Virus record (IMG/VR): IMGVR_UViG_3300021387_000661
Coordinates: 192,001-256,000 of that record
Length of the DNA: 64,000 nt
DNA from: a virus
Lineage: Duplodnaviria; Caudoviricetes
Reading direction: 5' to 3' (one strand)
Shown: piece by piece, positions 49,098 through 57,447 of the stretch
Position numbering within the stretch: the stretch's first letter is position 1
How the letters are laid out: every line of letters begins with the position of its first letter
The notes under the pieces: generated by a model
Seen by the model: the letters and a program-made list of their open reading frames with translations, nothing else
Databases searched by the model: none
Told to the model about the DNA's origin: nothing
Program-made: the position numbers and the translations under genes

Positions 49098-49172
49098 TGC
49101 GGGGTAGACTGGAGAGGTTCCAGCCCGGTCTCATAAGCCGGTCCACGTGGGTTCGAATCCCACCCACCGCTA
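49098..49172 (+). tRNA. Initiator-type tRNA-Met(CAT)
   Basis: CCGGT-CT-CAT-AA-GCCGG; 1:72 mismatch. Confidence 0.75.
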
Positions 49173-49177
49173 CTAAA

Positions 49178-49226
49178 TGCCAGTATAAGACAGTATATAT
49201 GTAAGTTCAACTCTTACTATTGGCGC
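49178..49226 (+). ncRNA. tRNA minihelix (acceptor plus T arm only)
   Basis: GCCAGTA/TATTGGC; GTAAG-TTCAACT-CTTAC; 15-nt linker. Confidence 0.55.
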
Positions 49227-49324
49227 AAAAAAATACAAAATATTTTCATAAATATTTGGATATTTCAAATTTTTTTGTTATATTTGTATTGTTAAGTTCT
49301 TTGATAAATATTGTAAAAATATAA

Positions 49325-50170
49325 GGGTGGGTTTCTCATCCTTCCTGTATCCTTCGGGAGAAAGGAGAAAGATAACCAGTGAATACATAAGCTGGGAAAG
49401 TCAGTGTGGCGCAATCTTGCCCCTGGCGGAGGAGTTTTCCTCTCTACAAGAAAACCAAGGCAGTCAGCATATCCTGGAATGGCAGGACACTGTGAAAGGG
49501 ATATGCGGGGGTTCTTACCAAGTCTCCTTGAGTGGTAACACTGACAAGTGCTGTTTTGCTTCCAGACAAGAAGATTACCAGTCTTATGGTTTGGATGACC
49601 AAAGTTTATTGATGTCCAAAAGGAATTACCAGATTCCTCTAACAGGTGGTGCTGAGATCAGAAATGGTTGGATGTTAGAATGAGTAGAATGAGTAACACA
49701 GCGGTGTGTGAAAATAGAAAGGCGATGTATCTAACCCTCTCAAAAGGAGGCAGGATAGCAAGGGCAACCTCGTCTTTCAAATGGTAGAGTGCTAAATGAT
49801 TCATTAAAGATTATGACCAAAATGATCAATAAAAAATTATTAAGCAAGCAAAAGTGTTGCCCACACTACAGGACAATATGGTTATGCTTCTGTGATATGA
49901 AGCCTTATGGAACTCGCAAGGTGAAGTAAGAGTATTGTAAGTAGGGACAATGCAAGAGGAGGCATCCTCTTAACTCGGCAGAGGTCTTTGGCTTGAACAC
50001 ATCTATATAATGTAGTGTAGTGACTGTGGTAGTCTTGGTGGAAACACCATAAATCCATCCATATCCTCCTTACCAGTAGCGATGCTGGTGTGTATAAACT
50101 CTGGGCGACCAGGGCTTGTCCTGAAAGGGAAGAGAACAGGAGGCGATTAGGGTCAACACTCAGCCCCAAT
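49325..50170 (+). ncRNA. Giant structured ncRNA, GOLLD-like
   Basis: About 850 nt of GC-elevated, gene-free sequence after a promoter inside the tRNA array; many hairpins; ACAGGTGGTGCTG, GCAAAAGTG and 3' CTCAGCC motifs recalled from GOLLD-like RNAs (not verified). Confidence 0.55.
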
Positions 50171-50397
50171 CAAACAAAAATTTATTCAGTGTCAGTAACC
50201 AGTCTGGTATGGAAGAGCGAGACTTCCCCGAATAACAAAAGTCATTTCATAAAGGTACAGAACCTCTGCGAAATAGAACCACAAGGAGGGTTTTCCAAGG
50301 CCAGGGACTTGACTTGAAACATACTTTCTTGGGTTCTAAAGGAAGTTGAAGAGTGAGTTTGCATTCAGTCTATGAGTGGTTTTATCTCTTCATCCAT

Positions 50398-50472
50398 AGT
50401 GCGTTAGTTCAGCCTGGTTAGAATGCCACACTGTCACTGTGGAGGTCACGGGTCCGAATCCCGTACGCACTG
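50398..50472 (+). tRNA. tRNA-Asp(GTC)
   Basis: CCACA-CT-GTC-AC-TGTGG; G73. Confidence 0.92.
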
Positions 50473-50706
50473 CAAATGGTAAAGAACCATACCGCAACAT
50501 TTGAATGAAATACATTTTTGGGTTATGTAGCAATTTTGGTTCTTGTTTTTCCTTGTTTAGCAAAACAAGGTGGTGGAGTTGGGTGGAAACACTGTCCTCT
50601 GTGAGTGGTAATCTCACATAAATAACTTACCATTTATTTTGAAATTTTAATTTACATAAATATATTAGAAAGTAATTTACATAAATACTTTAAAAGAATA
50701 AAAATT

Positions 50707-50829
50707 ATGATGACATTGCATACACATATGGTATTTGCTGCTATTGCAGGTAAGCCAGGTTGCTACCGTTTTTGGGAACAACTCGGACAGAAGGGTGTGT
50801 GTATGTCATCTGAAAATGAAAAACAATAA
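50707..50829 (+). CDS. Leader peptide 2 (MMTLHTHMVFAAIAGKPGCYRFWEQLGQKGVCMSSENEKQ) of putative tRNA-array attenuator
   Basis: 40-codon ORF after tandem TTTACATAAATA; contains 19 of 20 amino acids. Confidence 0.7.
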   Translation: MMTLHTHMVFAAIAGKPGCYRFWEQLGQKGVCMSSENEKQ

Positions 50830-50923
50830 GTGGAGACCATTATAGGAGAAAGGTTAAAACTTAAACAAATATAGAAGAACGACATCTCACACAAATCACA
50901 AAAAGGTTTATGTGAGATTTTTT
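50709..50923 (+). promoter_or_regulatory. Attenuator 2: protector GATGACAT-T-GCATACA/TGTGTGT-ATGTCATC, antiterminator with GACATCTCACACA, terminator ATCTCACA...TGTGAGAT-TTTTT
   Basis: Mutually exclusive pairings; first tRNA begins about 10 nt downstream. Confidence 0.7.
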
Positions 50924-50932
50924 AATTTATAT

Positions 50933-51008
50933 TGGGTAGTGCGGTAGTTGGTCACCGGCTGCATTTGGGATGCAGACATTCACGCAGGTTCGAGTCCTGT
51001 CTACCCAA
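50933..51008 (+). tRNA. tRNA-Pro(TGG)
   Basis: CTGCA-TT-TGG-GA-TGCAG. Confidence 0.85.
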
Positions 51009-51018
51009 CAAAGTGAAT

Positions 51019-51093
51019 GGGCTGGGTAGTGTAATCTGGAAGCACATCACTCTGGCAGAGTGAAGGATGGGGTTCAAATCCCCCCTGTGTCCA
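51019..51093 (+). tRNA. tRNA-Ala(GGC), irregular acceptor stem
   Basis: TCACT-CT-GGC-AG-AGTGA; G3-U70. Confidence 0.75.
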
Positions 51094-51115
51094 CAAAGAT
51101 AATAAAACAAAGTTT

Positions 51116-51358
51116 ATGGAGACACTCAAACAGATTGTAAAAGGTAGTGCAAAATTGGACTGCATCAAGAGTGGTGGTGTTGCTGAATACATCATTACAT
51201 CAGAAAGCAACAACAAATATATGTTGGAAATAGATTTATCTGATAAAGTTGATTGTGGAGAGAGTGCATCATTTATGCCTTTTTATGAGAAAGCTATAAT
51301 TCTTATGCGATGGATTCGTCGTGCGATGGATAAAGGTGAATTAATTGAACTTTGTTAA
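51116..51358 (+). CDS. Hypothetical protein
   Basis: ORF track. Confidence 0.65.
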   Translation: METLKQIVKGSAKLDCIKSGGVAEYIITSESNNKYMLEIDLSDKVDCGESASFMPFYEKAIILMRWIRRAMDKGELIELC

Positions 51359-51420
51359 AAAAATACTAAAAGATTTGGAAGTTTCAAATATTTTTGTTAT
51401 CTTTGCAGTAGAAAATAAAT

Positions 51421-51495
51421 GCTGGGATATCTGCTAGTGGTCCAGGCGATGTGCCTTTCAAGCATGTGACACGGGTTCGAATCCCGTTCCCAGTA
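51421..51495 (+). tRNA. tRNA-Glu(TTC)
   Basis: TGTGC-CT-TTC-AA-GCATG. Confidence 0.8.
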
Positions 51496-51654
51496 CAAAG
51501 GAGTGAAGGGAAAATCCAACCAACACTTCACATAGAGCGAAACAGAACCTGATAATGATTCCTGCTGAAGGATAAGGCAAGGTGAAGATAGGGGTTCAAT
51601 GAGGTTGAAATGATGCATGCTCAAAGTAAACAATATATAATGCTCGACAATTAT

Positions 51655-51732
51655 GGAGCTGTCGTATAGGTGGTTATTGTACAATGGACTGAAAATCCAT
51701 AGGCAGTGGTTCAACTCCACTCGGCTCCACCA
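51655..51732 (+). tRNA. tRNA-Phe(GAA)
   Basis: ATGGA-CT-GAA-AA-TCCAT; CCA. Confidence 0.9.
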
Positions 51733-51940
51733 AGGTTTGGTGTAAGGTGACTTGCATTGATGAGAGTAAATGAAGATAGGATGAATGATCAACATCCAAA
51801 AAGAAATGAAATCATCTAAAGTCAAACCAATGAAATCATTACAGATACTAGTCAATGTAGTGAGGAAATTGCAGAGGCATTTAGCACACCTGTCTATGTC
51901 ACAGGTGATTCATAAGCAAGTAAAGTGAGACCTTGACCTC

Positions 51941-52022
51941 CGGGATGTGCTGGAACTGGTAGACAGACCAGACTAAGGATCTGGTGCTGCAAGGCGTGAG
52001 GGTTCGAGTCCCTCCATCCCGA
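51941..52022 (+). tRNA. tRNA-Leu(AAG)
   Basis: CCAGA-CT-AAG-GA-TCTGG; long variable arm. Confidence 0.88.
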
Positions 52023-52182
52023 CTTGATGTAAAAAGACGTTAAACCTTGTGGGAGTTAGTCTTCTCCCTTGTGGGATAATGGTGCCGGCATCATAGTAGA
52101 TTGCCAAGGAAACTGCCCGAGTCAGCGGGGTCTGAACAGTGGGGTTCGATACCCTGGGCACCATCAAAAAAGTTCTTTGATT

Positions 52183-52255
52183 GTCTCTGTAGCTCAATTG
52201 GTAGAGCACCTGACTCTTAATCAGGGGGTTCCGAGTTCGAGCCTCGGCAGGGACA
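52183..52255 (+). tRNA. tRNA-Lys(CTT)
   Basis: CCTGA-CT-CTT-AA-TCAGG. Confidence 0.95.
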
Positions 52256-52430
52256 CAAAACAAATGCCGGTTTATCACAGTATATTGGTGACTGTGGCTG
52301 CCCTGTACAGGTGGGTTTGACTTCAAGTGAAAGTATACAGCTCGAGACAATGTATATGAGTAAAGGTCAGATATGGGTTTGGTTCGATTCCCCCGATGGC
52401 ACAAAGTTCTTTGAATTGTTATATTTAAAT

Positions 52431-52507
52431 GGGCCGGGTAGTGTAAAGGTTTAGCACGTCACACTTGCACTGTGACAGAGGGGTTCGAATCCCACCTGTG
52501 TCCACCA
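52431..52507 (+). tRNA. tRNA-Ala(TGC), irregular acceptor stem
   Basis: TCACA-CT-TGC-AC-TGTGA; CCA. Confidence 0.75.
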
Positions 52508-52608
52508 CTTATTACCATATTATCTTTCAGAGAAATGGTTGACTAAAACTCGCAGACTCATCCGGTAATTGGTTGTAAAAGTGCAGTTAAAGGTTAGATG
52601 AGTATTTT

Positions 52609-52682
52609 GGGCTTGCATGTACCAAGGTTGGCGGAACTCCCTTGCAAGGAGATCGTGGAGGGTTCGATTCCCTTCGGGTCCA
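52609..52682 (+). tRNA. tRNA-Ala(TGC), atypical D arm
   Basis: CTCC-CT-TGC-AA-GGAG; GGGCTTG/CGGGTCC. Confidence 0.7.
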
Positions 52683-52757
52683 CAAAACAGGTGAAGTTGT
52701 CATACATATAAGCCTGTTTCACAAGTTCAGAAGGTGATGCATACACACTGACTTGTC

Positions 52758-52916
52758 GGCATATGAGAGTGTCGGAGACACACAGAAGTGGAAACCACAT
52801 TCAGGATTGAATTGAAGTGCAAATAGATTCTTTCTGTTAGGATGAAGGTCTGCCGGACACAAAGCTCGCCAGGAAGATTACCCTGGAAATACTTGGTTCG
52901 ACTCCAAGATATGCTA
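52758..52916 (+). ncRNA. Enlarged tRNA-like element
   Basis: GGCATAT/ATATGCT; CTTGG-TTCGACT-CCAAG; internal GTGTCGG/CCGGACAC. Confidence 0.5.
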
Positions 52917-53037
52917 CAAAATCACAGAGTGCCCAGAGCATTGAAGCATTGAAGGTATGATGCTTTTGAACAAGTTTGAACCCTGTAATCGAAAGAGGGC
53001 AATGCAGCAAGCAATACTTTGTGAGATAACAACTTTT

Positions 53038-53111
53038 CTATGGTATCATATAGAGGTTAGTATGGCGGTCATTCAGTGCTGCAACAGAGGTTCGATTCCT
53101 CTTACCATAGC
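53038..53111 (+). tRNA. Atypical tRNA with 8-nt anticodon loop (identity unclear)
   Basis: TATGGTA/TACCATA; GCGGT-CATTCAGT-GCTGC; good D and T arms. Confidence 0.5.
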
Positions 53112-53118
53112 AACATTT

Positions 53119-53210
53119 GGGTAGGTAACGGCGCTGGACTGTAAATCCAGTCTGAACACAAATTGTCGTATTGGCCTTGCAGTAAGGGGGTTCGAGTCCC
53201 TCCCTACCCA
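53119..53210 (+). tRNA. D-arm-less tRNA-Tyr(GTA)-like
   Basis: GGGTAGG/CCTACCC; CTGGA-CT-GTA-AA-TCCAG; long variable region. Confidence 0.6.
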
Positions 53211-53217
53211 CACAAAT

Positions 53218-53291
53218 GCGGAGTTAGTTCAACGGTAGAATGTCAGCCTTCCAAGCTGAATATGAGGGTTCGATTCCCTTACTCCGCTCCA
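53218..53291 (+). tRNA. tRNA-Gly(TCC)
   Basis: TCAGC-CT-TCC-AA-GCTGA; CCA. Confidence 0.95.
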
Positions 53292-53376
53292 AACTGTGGG
53301 TGTAGTGTAATATTATAGATTCAGCACACAGGGGATACCCTGGAATGATGGTATGAAATCCATCCACTCATAACAT

Positions 53377-53451
53377 ACCGATGTAGCTCAGTTGGTGGAG
53401 AGCGACAGATTCATATCCTGTAGGTCATTGGTTCGAACCCAATCATCGGTA
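53377..53451 (+). tRNA. tRNA-Met/Ile2(CAT)
   Basis: ACAGA-TT-CAT-AT-CCTGT. Confidence 0.8.
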
Positions 53452-53464
53452 CATATAATTAAAA

Positions 53465-53635
53465 ATGATATTATGGATAACTGTGGGGCTAAAAGAGTAT
53501 CTGTTTAATGAGTGGAAATATAATGTACACAAAAGATACTTGAAATACTTTGATGAATGGTATGACAATCTTCTGGATTCCCAGAAAGAATTTTACAAGA
53601 GTTGGATGGAAGGGTATATGAGTCCATATCATTAG
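53465..53635 (+). CDS. Small hypothetical protein (56 aa)
   Basis: Manual translation MILWITVGLKEYLFNEWKYN...; below the ORF-track cutoff. Confidence 0.5.
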   Translation: MILWITVGLKEYLFNEWKYNVHKRYLKYFDEWYDNLLDSQKEFYKSWMEGYMSPYH

Positions 53636-53664
53636 GTCTTTGAAATGTTGATTATGAATTATAT

Positions 53665-53755
53665 AGGTCGGTGGCCGAGTGGTTGAAGGCGGCGGTCTCC
53701 AAAACCGTTAGGATATTTTGAAAAATCCTCGAGGGTTCGAATCCTTCCCGGCCTG
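53665..53755 (+). tRNA. tRNA-Trp(CCA) with long variable arm
   Basis: GCGGT-CT-CCA-AA-ACCGT; AGGAT/ATCCT extra arm; G73. Confidence 0.8.
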
Positions 53756-53763
53756 CTTAAGAT

Positions 53764-53835
53764 TGAGGTATGGTGTAATGGCCAGCACCTTGGATTTTGG
53801 TTCCAATAGTCCAGGTTCGAATCCTGGTACCTCAA
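53764..53835 (+). tRNA. tRNA-Gln(TTG)
   Basis: TTGGA-TT-TTG-GT-TCCAA. Confidence 0.93.
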
Positions 53836-53843
53836 CAAAAAAT

Positions 53844-53917
53844 GTCGGGTTGGCCGAGCGGTCAGGTCCTGGTCTGCAAAACCAGTTAGATTGGTTCGAC
53901 TCCAATACCCGACTCCA
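53844..53917 (+). tRNA. tRNA-Cys(GCA)
   Basis: CTGGT-CT-GCA-AA-ACCAG; U73, CCA. Confidence 0.93.
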
Positions 53918-53920
53918 TTT

Positions 53921-53992
53921 GCCCCTGTAGTGTAATGGATCGCACACAGCACTACGGATGCTTTAGAGAGGGTTCGAGTCCTTCCAGGGGTA
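53921..53992 (+). tRNA. tRNA-Arg(ACG)
   Basis: AGCA-CT-ACG-GA-TGCT. Confidence 0.88.
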
Positions 53993-54113
53993 CAAAATTA
54001 TAAATATAATAGATGGTCTTTGACGAAAGAATCGTATCGCAGTTGAGCTTTGTCCTCACTGACAGAAACGTAAGTCTGGGGTGTACTACAAGCCTGTGAT
54101 TGTAGTATTTTTT

Positions 54114-54185
54114 GCGGCATTCGTATAATGGTTATTATACCAGCTTGCCATGCTGGGGACGGGAGTTCGATTCTCCCATGCCGCT
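54114..54185 (+). tRNA. tRNA-Gly(GCC)
   Basis: CCAGC-TT-GCC-AT-GCTGG. Confidence 0.92.
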
Positions 54186-54193
54186 CTCAATAT

Positions 54194-54270
54194 GGTGACT
54201 GTGGCCGAGTGGTTTAGGCGCAACACTGTGGATGTTGTTTACGTCAGTTCGAGTCTGACCAGTCACCCCA
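54194..54270 (+). tRNA. tRNA-His(GTG)
   Basis: G-1/C73; CAACA-CT-GTG-GA-TGTTG; CCA. Confidence 0.93.
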
Positions 54271-54281
54271 AAAATAAAGTT

Positions 54282-54662
54282 ATGGAAAAGGTAGTAAGAT
54301 TTTTTAAACAAGATAATAAGTGGTATGCAGATATTCCAAACCACACTCTTGAAGAGAATGAGATGGTAATGGGTGCAGATATTGCTCTTGAGTATCTTGC
54401 AGAAGAGAGGAAAGAGTTACACATCACATTCACAGATGAGAATCCAGGATGGAATGTTCCTCTGGCACTCACTCTGAAAGATCATGATGATGAGGGTGGA
54501 TACTATGATGTATCAGGAATTCTCTTTATGGATTTTATGCTCACTTATGGTAAAGAGTTCATTGGAGTCAAACCACAGGTTTGGATTTGTAATGTTACAC
54601 ATGATGTATTTGGTGAACATCCAGAACACATTTACATCACAAAGATTGAATCAAAACATTAG
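54282..54662 (+). CDS. Hypothetical protein (DUF6717-like)
   Basis: Start re-placed at MEKVVRFF; WY.D, MVMGAD, WICNV...FG..P..IYI. Confidence 0.7.
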   Translation: MEKVVRFFKQDNKWYADIPNHTLEENEMVMGADIALEYLAEERKELHITFTDENPGWNVPLALTLKDHDDEGGYYDVSGILFMDFMLTYGKEFIGVKPQVWICNVTHDVFGEHPEHIYITKIESKH

Positions 54663-54664
54663 TT

Positions 54665-54988
54665 ATGGACAAAGATTTTAAGAAGAGGTTCTTAATGAAC
54701 CGTGATGAGACAGGTAGGTTCATTGTCAAGTCAATGAAGACTGGTAAATCCTATTATGTTGAAGCAATTGATGGTGACGAAAGGACTATCTGGGGAGATG
54801 TGGATCCAGTAACAAAAAAGTTGACAGGTAGTTATGGTGACAAGTACAAGGGAAGTATCAGACCTGAACAGTCACTTATTACCAATGAGAATGGGTTTGA
54901 CAAGATTCATACTCTTGGTCCTGGGGAATCACCATTGGATTATATTAACAGGATTGATGATGAGTACTTTGAAAAGATGAGTAAATAG
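54665..54988 (+). CDS. Hypothetical phage protein
   Basis: ORF track. Confidence 0.7.
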   Translation: MDKDFKKRFLMNRDETGRFIVKSMKTGKSYYVEAIDGDERTIWGDVDPVTKKLTGSYGDKYKGSIRPEQSLITNENGFDKIHTLGPGESPLDYINRIDDEYFEKMSK

Positions 54989-54996
54989 TTTTTTGG

Positions 54997-55078
54997 GGGA
55001 GAGTCGCATAGTGGCAATTGCAAGGGACTGTAAATCCCTCGCCTTCGGGCTTCAGAGGTTCGAGTCCTCTCTCTCCCA
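54997..55078 (+). tRNA. tRNA-Tyr(GTA)
   Basis: AGGGA-CT-GTA-AA-TCCCT; variable arm. Confidence 0.93.
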
Positions 55079-55193
55079 CAGCCTATCAACCAAGTTGTTG
55101 AAAAGGGTAACGGATGCGCAGCGATTGCGGATCTTGCAAGTTTTTCGCCAGGGTTTCCTTGGTCTCTTTGAGATGAATAAATCTTGGATTTAT

Positions 55194-55275
55194 GGGGGTG
55201 TGGTGGAATGTAGACACCCCAGACTTAGGATCTGGTGCCAGTAATGGCGTGAGGGTTCGAGTCCCTCCATCCCCA
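55194..55275 (+). tRNA. tRNA-Leu(TAG)
   Basis: CCAGA-CT-TAG-GA-TCTGG. Confidence 0.9.
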
Positions 55276-55410
55276 CACTGACACTACTCTATGAGTAGAT
55301 GTCTTGGTTGGTCACAATACTGTAATTGTGATAGTCCTCTGGGACTTAAAAGAGTTGCAGTGATGCAATCTGTCAAGGTCAGTCTGGAACCAGTTAATCC
55401 AGACATTTAT

Positions 55411-55493
55411 GCAGCAGTGGTGGAATGGTAGACACGCTACTTTGAGGGGGTAGTCTGGGCAACTGGGTGTGAGTTCGAGTCTCACCTGCCGCA
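55411..55493 (+). tRNA. tRNA-Leu(GAG)
   Basis: CTACT-TT-GAG-GG-GGTAG. Confidence 0.88.
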
Positions 55494-55501
55494 CAAAACA
55501 T

Positions 55502-55574
55502 AGCGGTATAGCGCAATTGATAGAGCATCAGATTCTGGCTCTGAAGGTTGGGAGTTTGAACCTCTCTACCGCTA
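55502..55574 (+). tRNA. tRNA-Gln(CTG)
   Basis: TCAGA-TT-CTG-GC-TCTGA. Confidence 0.8.
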
Positions 55575-55676
55575 CAAACAAAAAAGGGTGGGTCAACCAG
55601 GTAAAGGCAGGGTAAGTCTCTGGTTCTTCTCTGATGATGGCGCAAGTAGTCAGAGTTTCTTAAATTACCCATATAT

Positions 55677-55751
55677 GGGTGTGTAACTCAGTTGGTACAG
55701 AGTACCTGTCTGATACACAGGAAGTCGATGGTTCAAGTCCATCCACACCCA
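55677..55751 (+). tRNA. tRNA-Ile(GAT)
   Basis: CCTGT-CT-GAT-AC-ACAGG. Confidence 0.92.
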
Positions 55752-55760
55752 CACAAATAT

Positions 55761-55835
55761 GGTCCTGTCGTCTAGTCTGGCCAAGGACATCACCCTCTCA
55801 AGGTGGAGACCCGGGTTCAAATCCCAGTGGGACTA
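55761..55835 (+). tRNA. tRNA-Glu(CTC)
   Basis: TCACC-CT-CTC-AA-GGTGG. Confidence 0.88.
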
Positions 55836-55917
55836 CAAAAAATATTTCAAATTTATTTTGAAATTAAAAATATTTTTGTTATATTTGTATTACAAAAAAG
55901 TTCATTGACATATAATA

Positions 55918-56014
55918 AGTGATGACTACATAGACATAATCAATGCCACAATGTTGAGCTCTTGAGAATATGGCAGATAAAAGTCTTTAGACAAACTCAA
56001 CTATGGTCATCACT
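55918..56014 (+). ncRNA. Candidate pseudoknotted ncRNA
   Basis: AGTGATGAC/GTCATCACT closing stem; TGCCA/TGGCA crossed by GTTGAG/CTCAAC. Confidence 0.45.
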
Positions 56015-56021
56015 AAATTAT

Positions 56022-56394
56022 AAGAACAGCAAGATGGGGTACTGATAATCTTCACACAAGGAGTTCTAGATTGAGGGTGTGTGAAGGAAAGGTATAAATA
56101 TTGTTAAAGAGGAATACCTGACCCCTGTCCAATTGTGGCAAGTGGAGAAATATGGATTGTCTATCTGGGGTTCTCCTGTCCTCTGACAACAGTGACTACG
56201 GAAGTCTGTTGTGTTCTTTTATTATATTGAGAATCCAAGGTGGGTGCTTTTATAGAATACTCTCTTAAAATGGATAGAGAGGAAAGAAGTGTAATATAGG
56301 TGAAGTTTCTTAGTTGTTACACATCCTGGTGATGGGGAATGTCATCACGGTGAGACTTCAAGAAGGTGACTACGGAAATCCTTTTGTTCTCAAT
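56022..56394 (+). ncRNA. Two tandem related structured RNAs sharing GTGACTACGGAA
   Basis: Units 56022-56218 and 56226-56394, each closed by a terminal stem. Confidence 0.55.
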
Positions 56395-56400
56395 TTCTAT

Positions 56401-56483
56401 GCCCGAGTGGGGGAATGGTAGACCCAGCAGACTCAAAATCTGCCGTCTGCAAAGACGTGCGAGTTCGACTCTCGCCTCGGGCA
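56401..56483 (+). tRNA. tRNA-Leu(CAA)
   Basis: GCAGA-CT-CAA-AA-TCTGC. Confidence 0.93.
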
Positions 56484-56839
56484 CAACAGTCCATCCAGTA
56501 TTGAGGATAAGGTAAACTTGAAAGTACAGGAAAATTCACCTTGTTCAGCGGTTGCCGATACGCAATATATAAGGACCACACAAGTAGTACATTGCAGTTG
56601 AAACATTACCCGACATAGAGACTACATAAGAAATGTGCTTTATTGGATTTGAGACTGTAAAAGAAGGGTGAAGTACAAACCCTGTTCAGTTATGATGGAA
56701 TAACCAAAGTCCAATGGCAGGGAGGGATATAATGGTGTGAAGTTGCTATTCACCATATTTAAAATTAAAAAAAGATAAAACAAATTTGGATAATTCAAAA
56801 AAAGTTGTTATCTTTGTATTGAAAGTTCATTGATATTTG

Positions 56840-57441
56840 TTGTTTTATATTTGGAAAGTTTCTGACCTGGATTAAACCCTCATTATTGGTAGGGGAATTA
56901 AGGGACTAAACCCAACCACAAGATAATGTCCTGATGTGACAGAAGTCCTGTAGTTTTTATCTCTGTGGGTAGGTTGGCTTTGTATAATAATACCACAGCA
57001 GAAATAAGTTTCTGGTCTTAAACAATCCATACGTTTTATGATGGGGTTCGTAAACCTAACCATTCGCATCTTTTGGAAAGATGTGTTACCGTGCCGTGAA
57101 ATTCGGAGGAGTCAATTCCACAGACCAACAGAAAGAATGTACACATTGCTTACAGTTGGTCAGTGCTGTGCCCACCCAGCGAGGTTGTTATGCAGTTTAT
57201 CAACAGGGTGTGGGAAAAGTGTATGAGAGAAGACTGAATGTTCCTGGACAATGGTGTTGGAATCTGGGATAAAACAAAGAGTAGGTTGGATCAAGAAGAG
57301 AACTGGTAGGAGTTACTGTGACTTTCTGATGTTTGTCCATCAGAAAACCAGGGAAGATAATGGACACCAATATGGCAAGAGATTTTTGATAGGGATTCAC
57401 AAATCAGTGAGGTGGCCATGCACCTATGACAACACTGATTT
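56840..57441 (+). ncRNA. Candidate large (~600 nt) ncRNA
   Basis: GC-elevated, gene-free stretch after a promoter; several hairpins. Confidence 0.35.
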
Positions 57442-57447
57442 ACTTAT

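Noticed and set aside
52265-52402. tRNA-Sec (6-bp D-like stem, CTTCAAG)
   Set aside because: No proper anticodon stem around TCA and a poor acceptor stem; kept only as tRNA-like
53038-53111. UGA suppressor tRNA
   Set aside because: The loop is 8 nt (CATTCAGT), the anticodon register is ambiguous, and TGA is used as a normal stop
56490-56760. Group I intron remnant (CATAGAGACTAC, CAAAGTCC)
   Set aside because: No flanking exon or convincing P/Q elements identified
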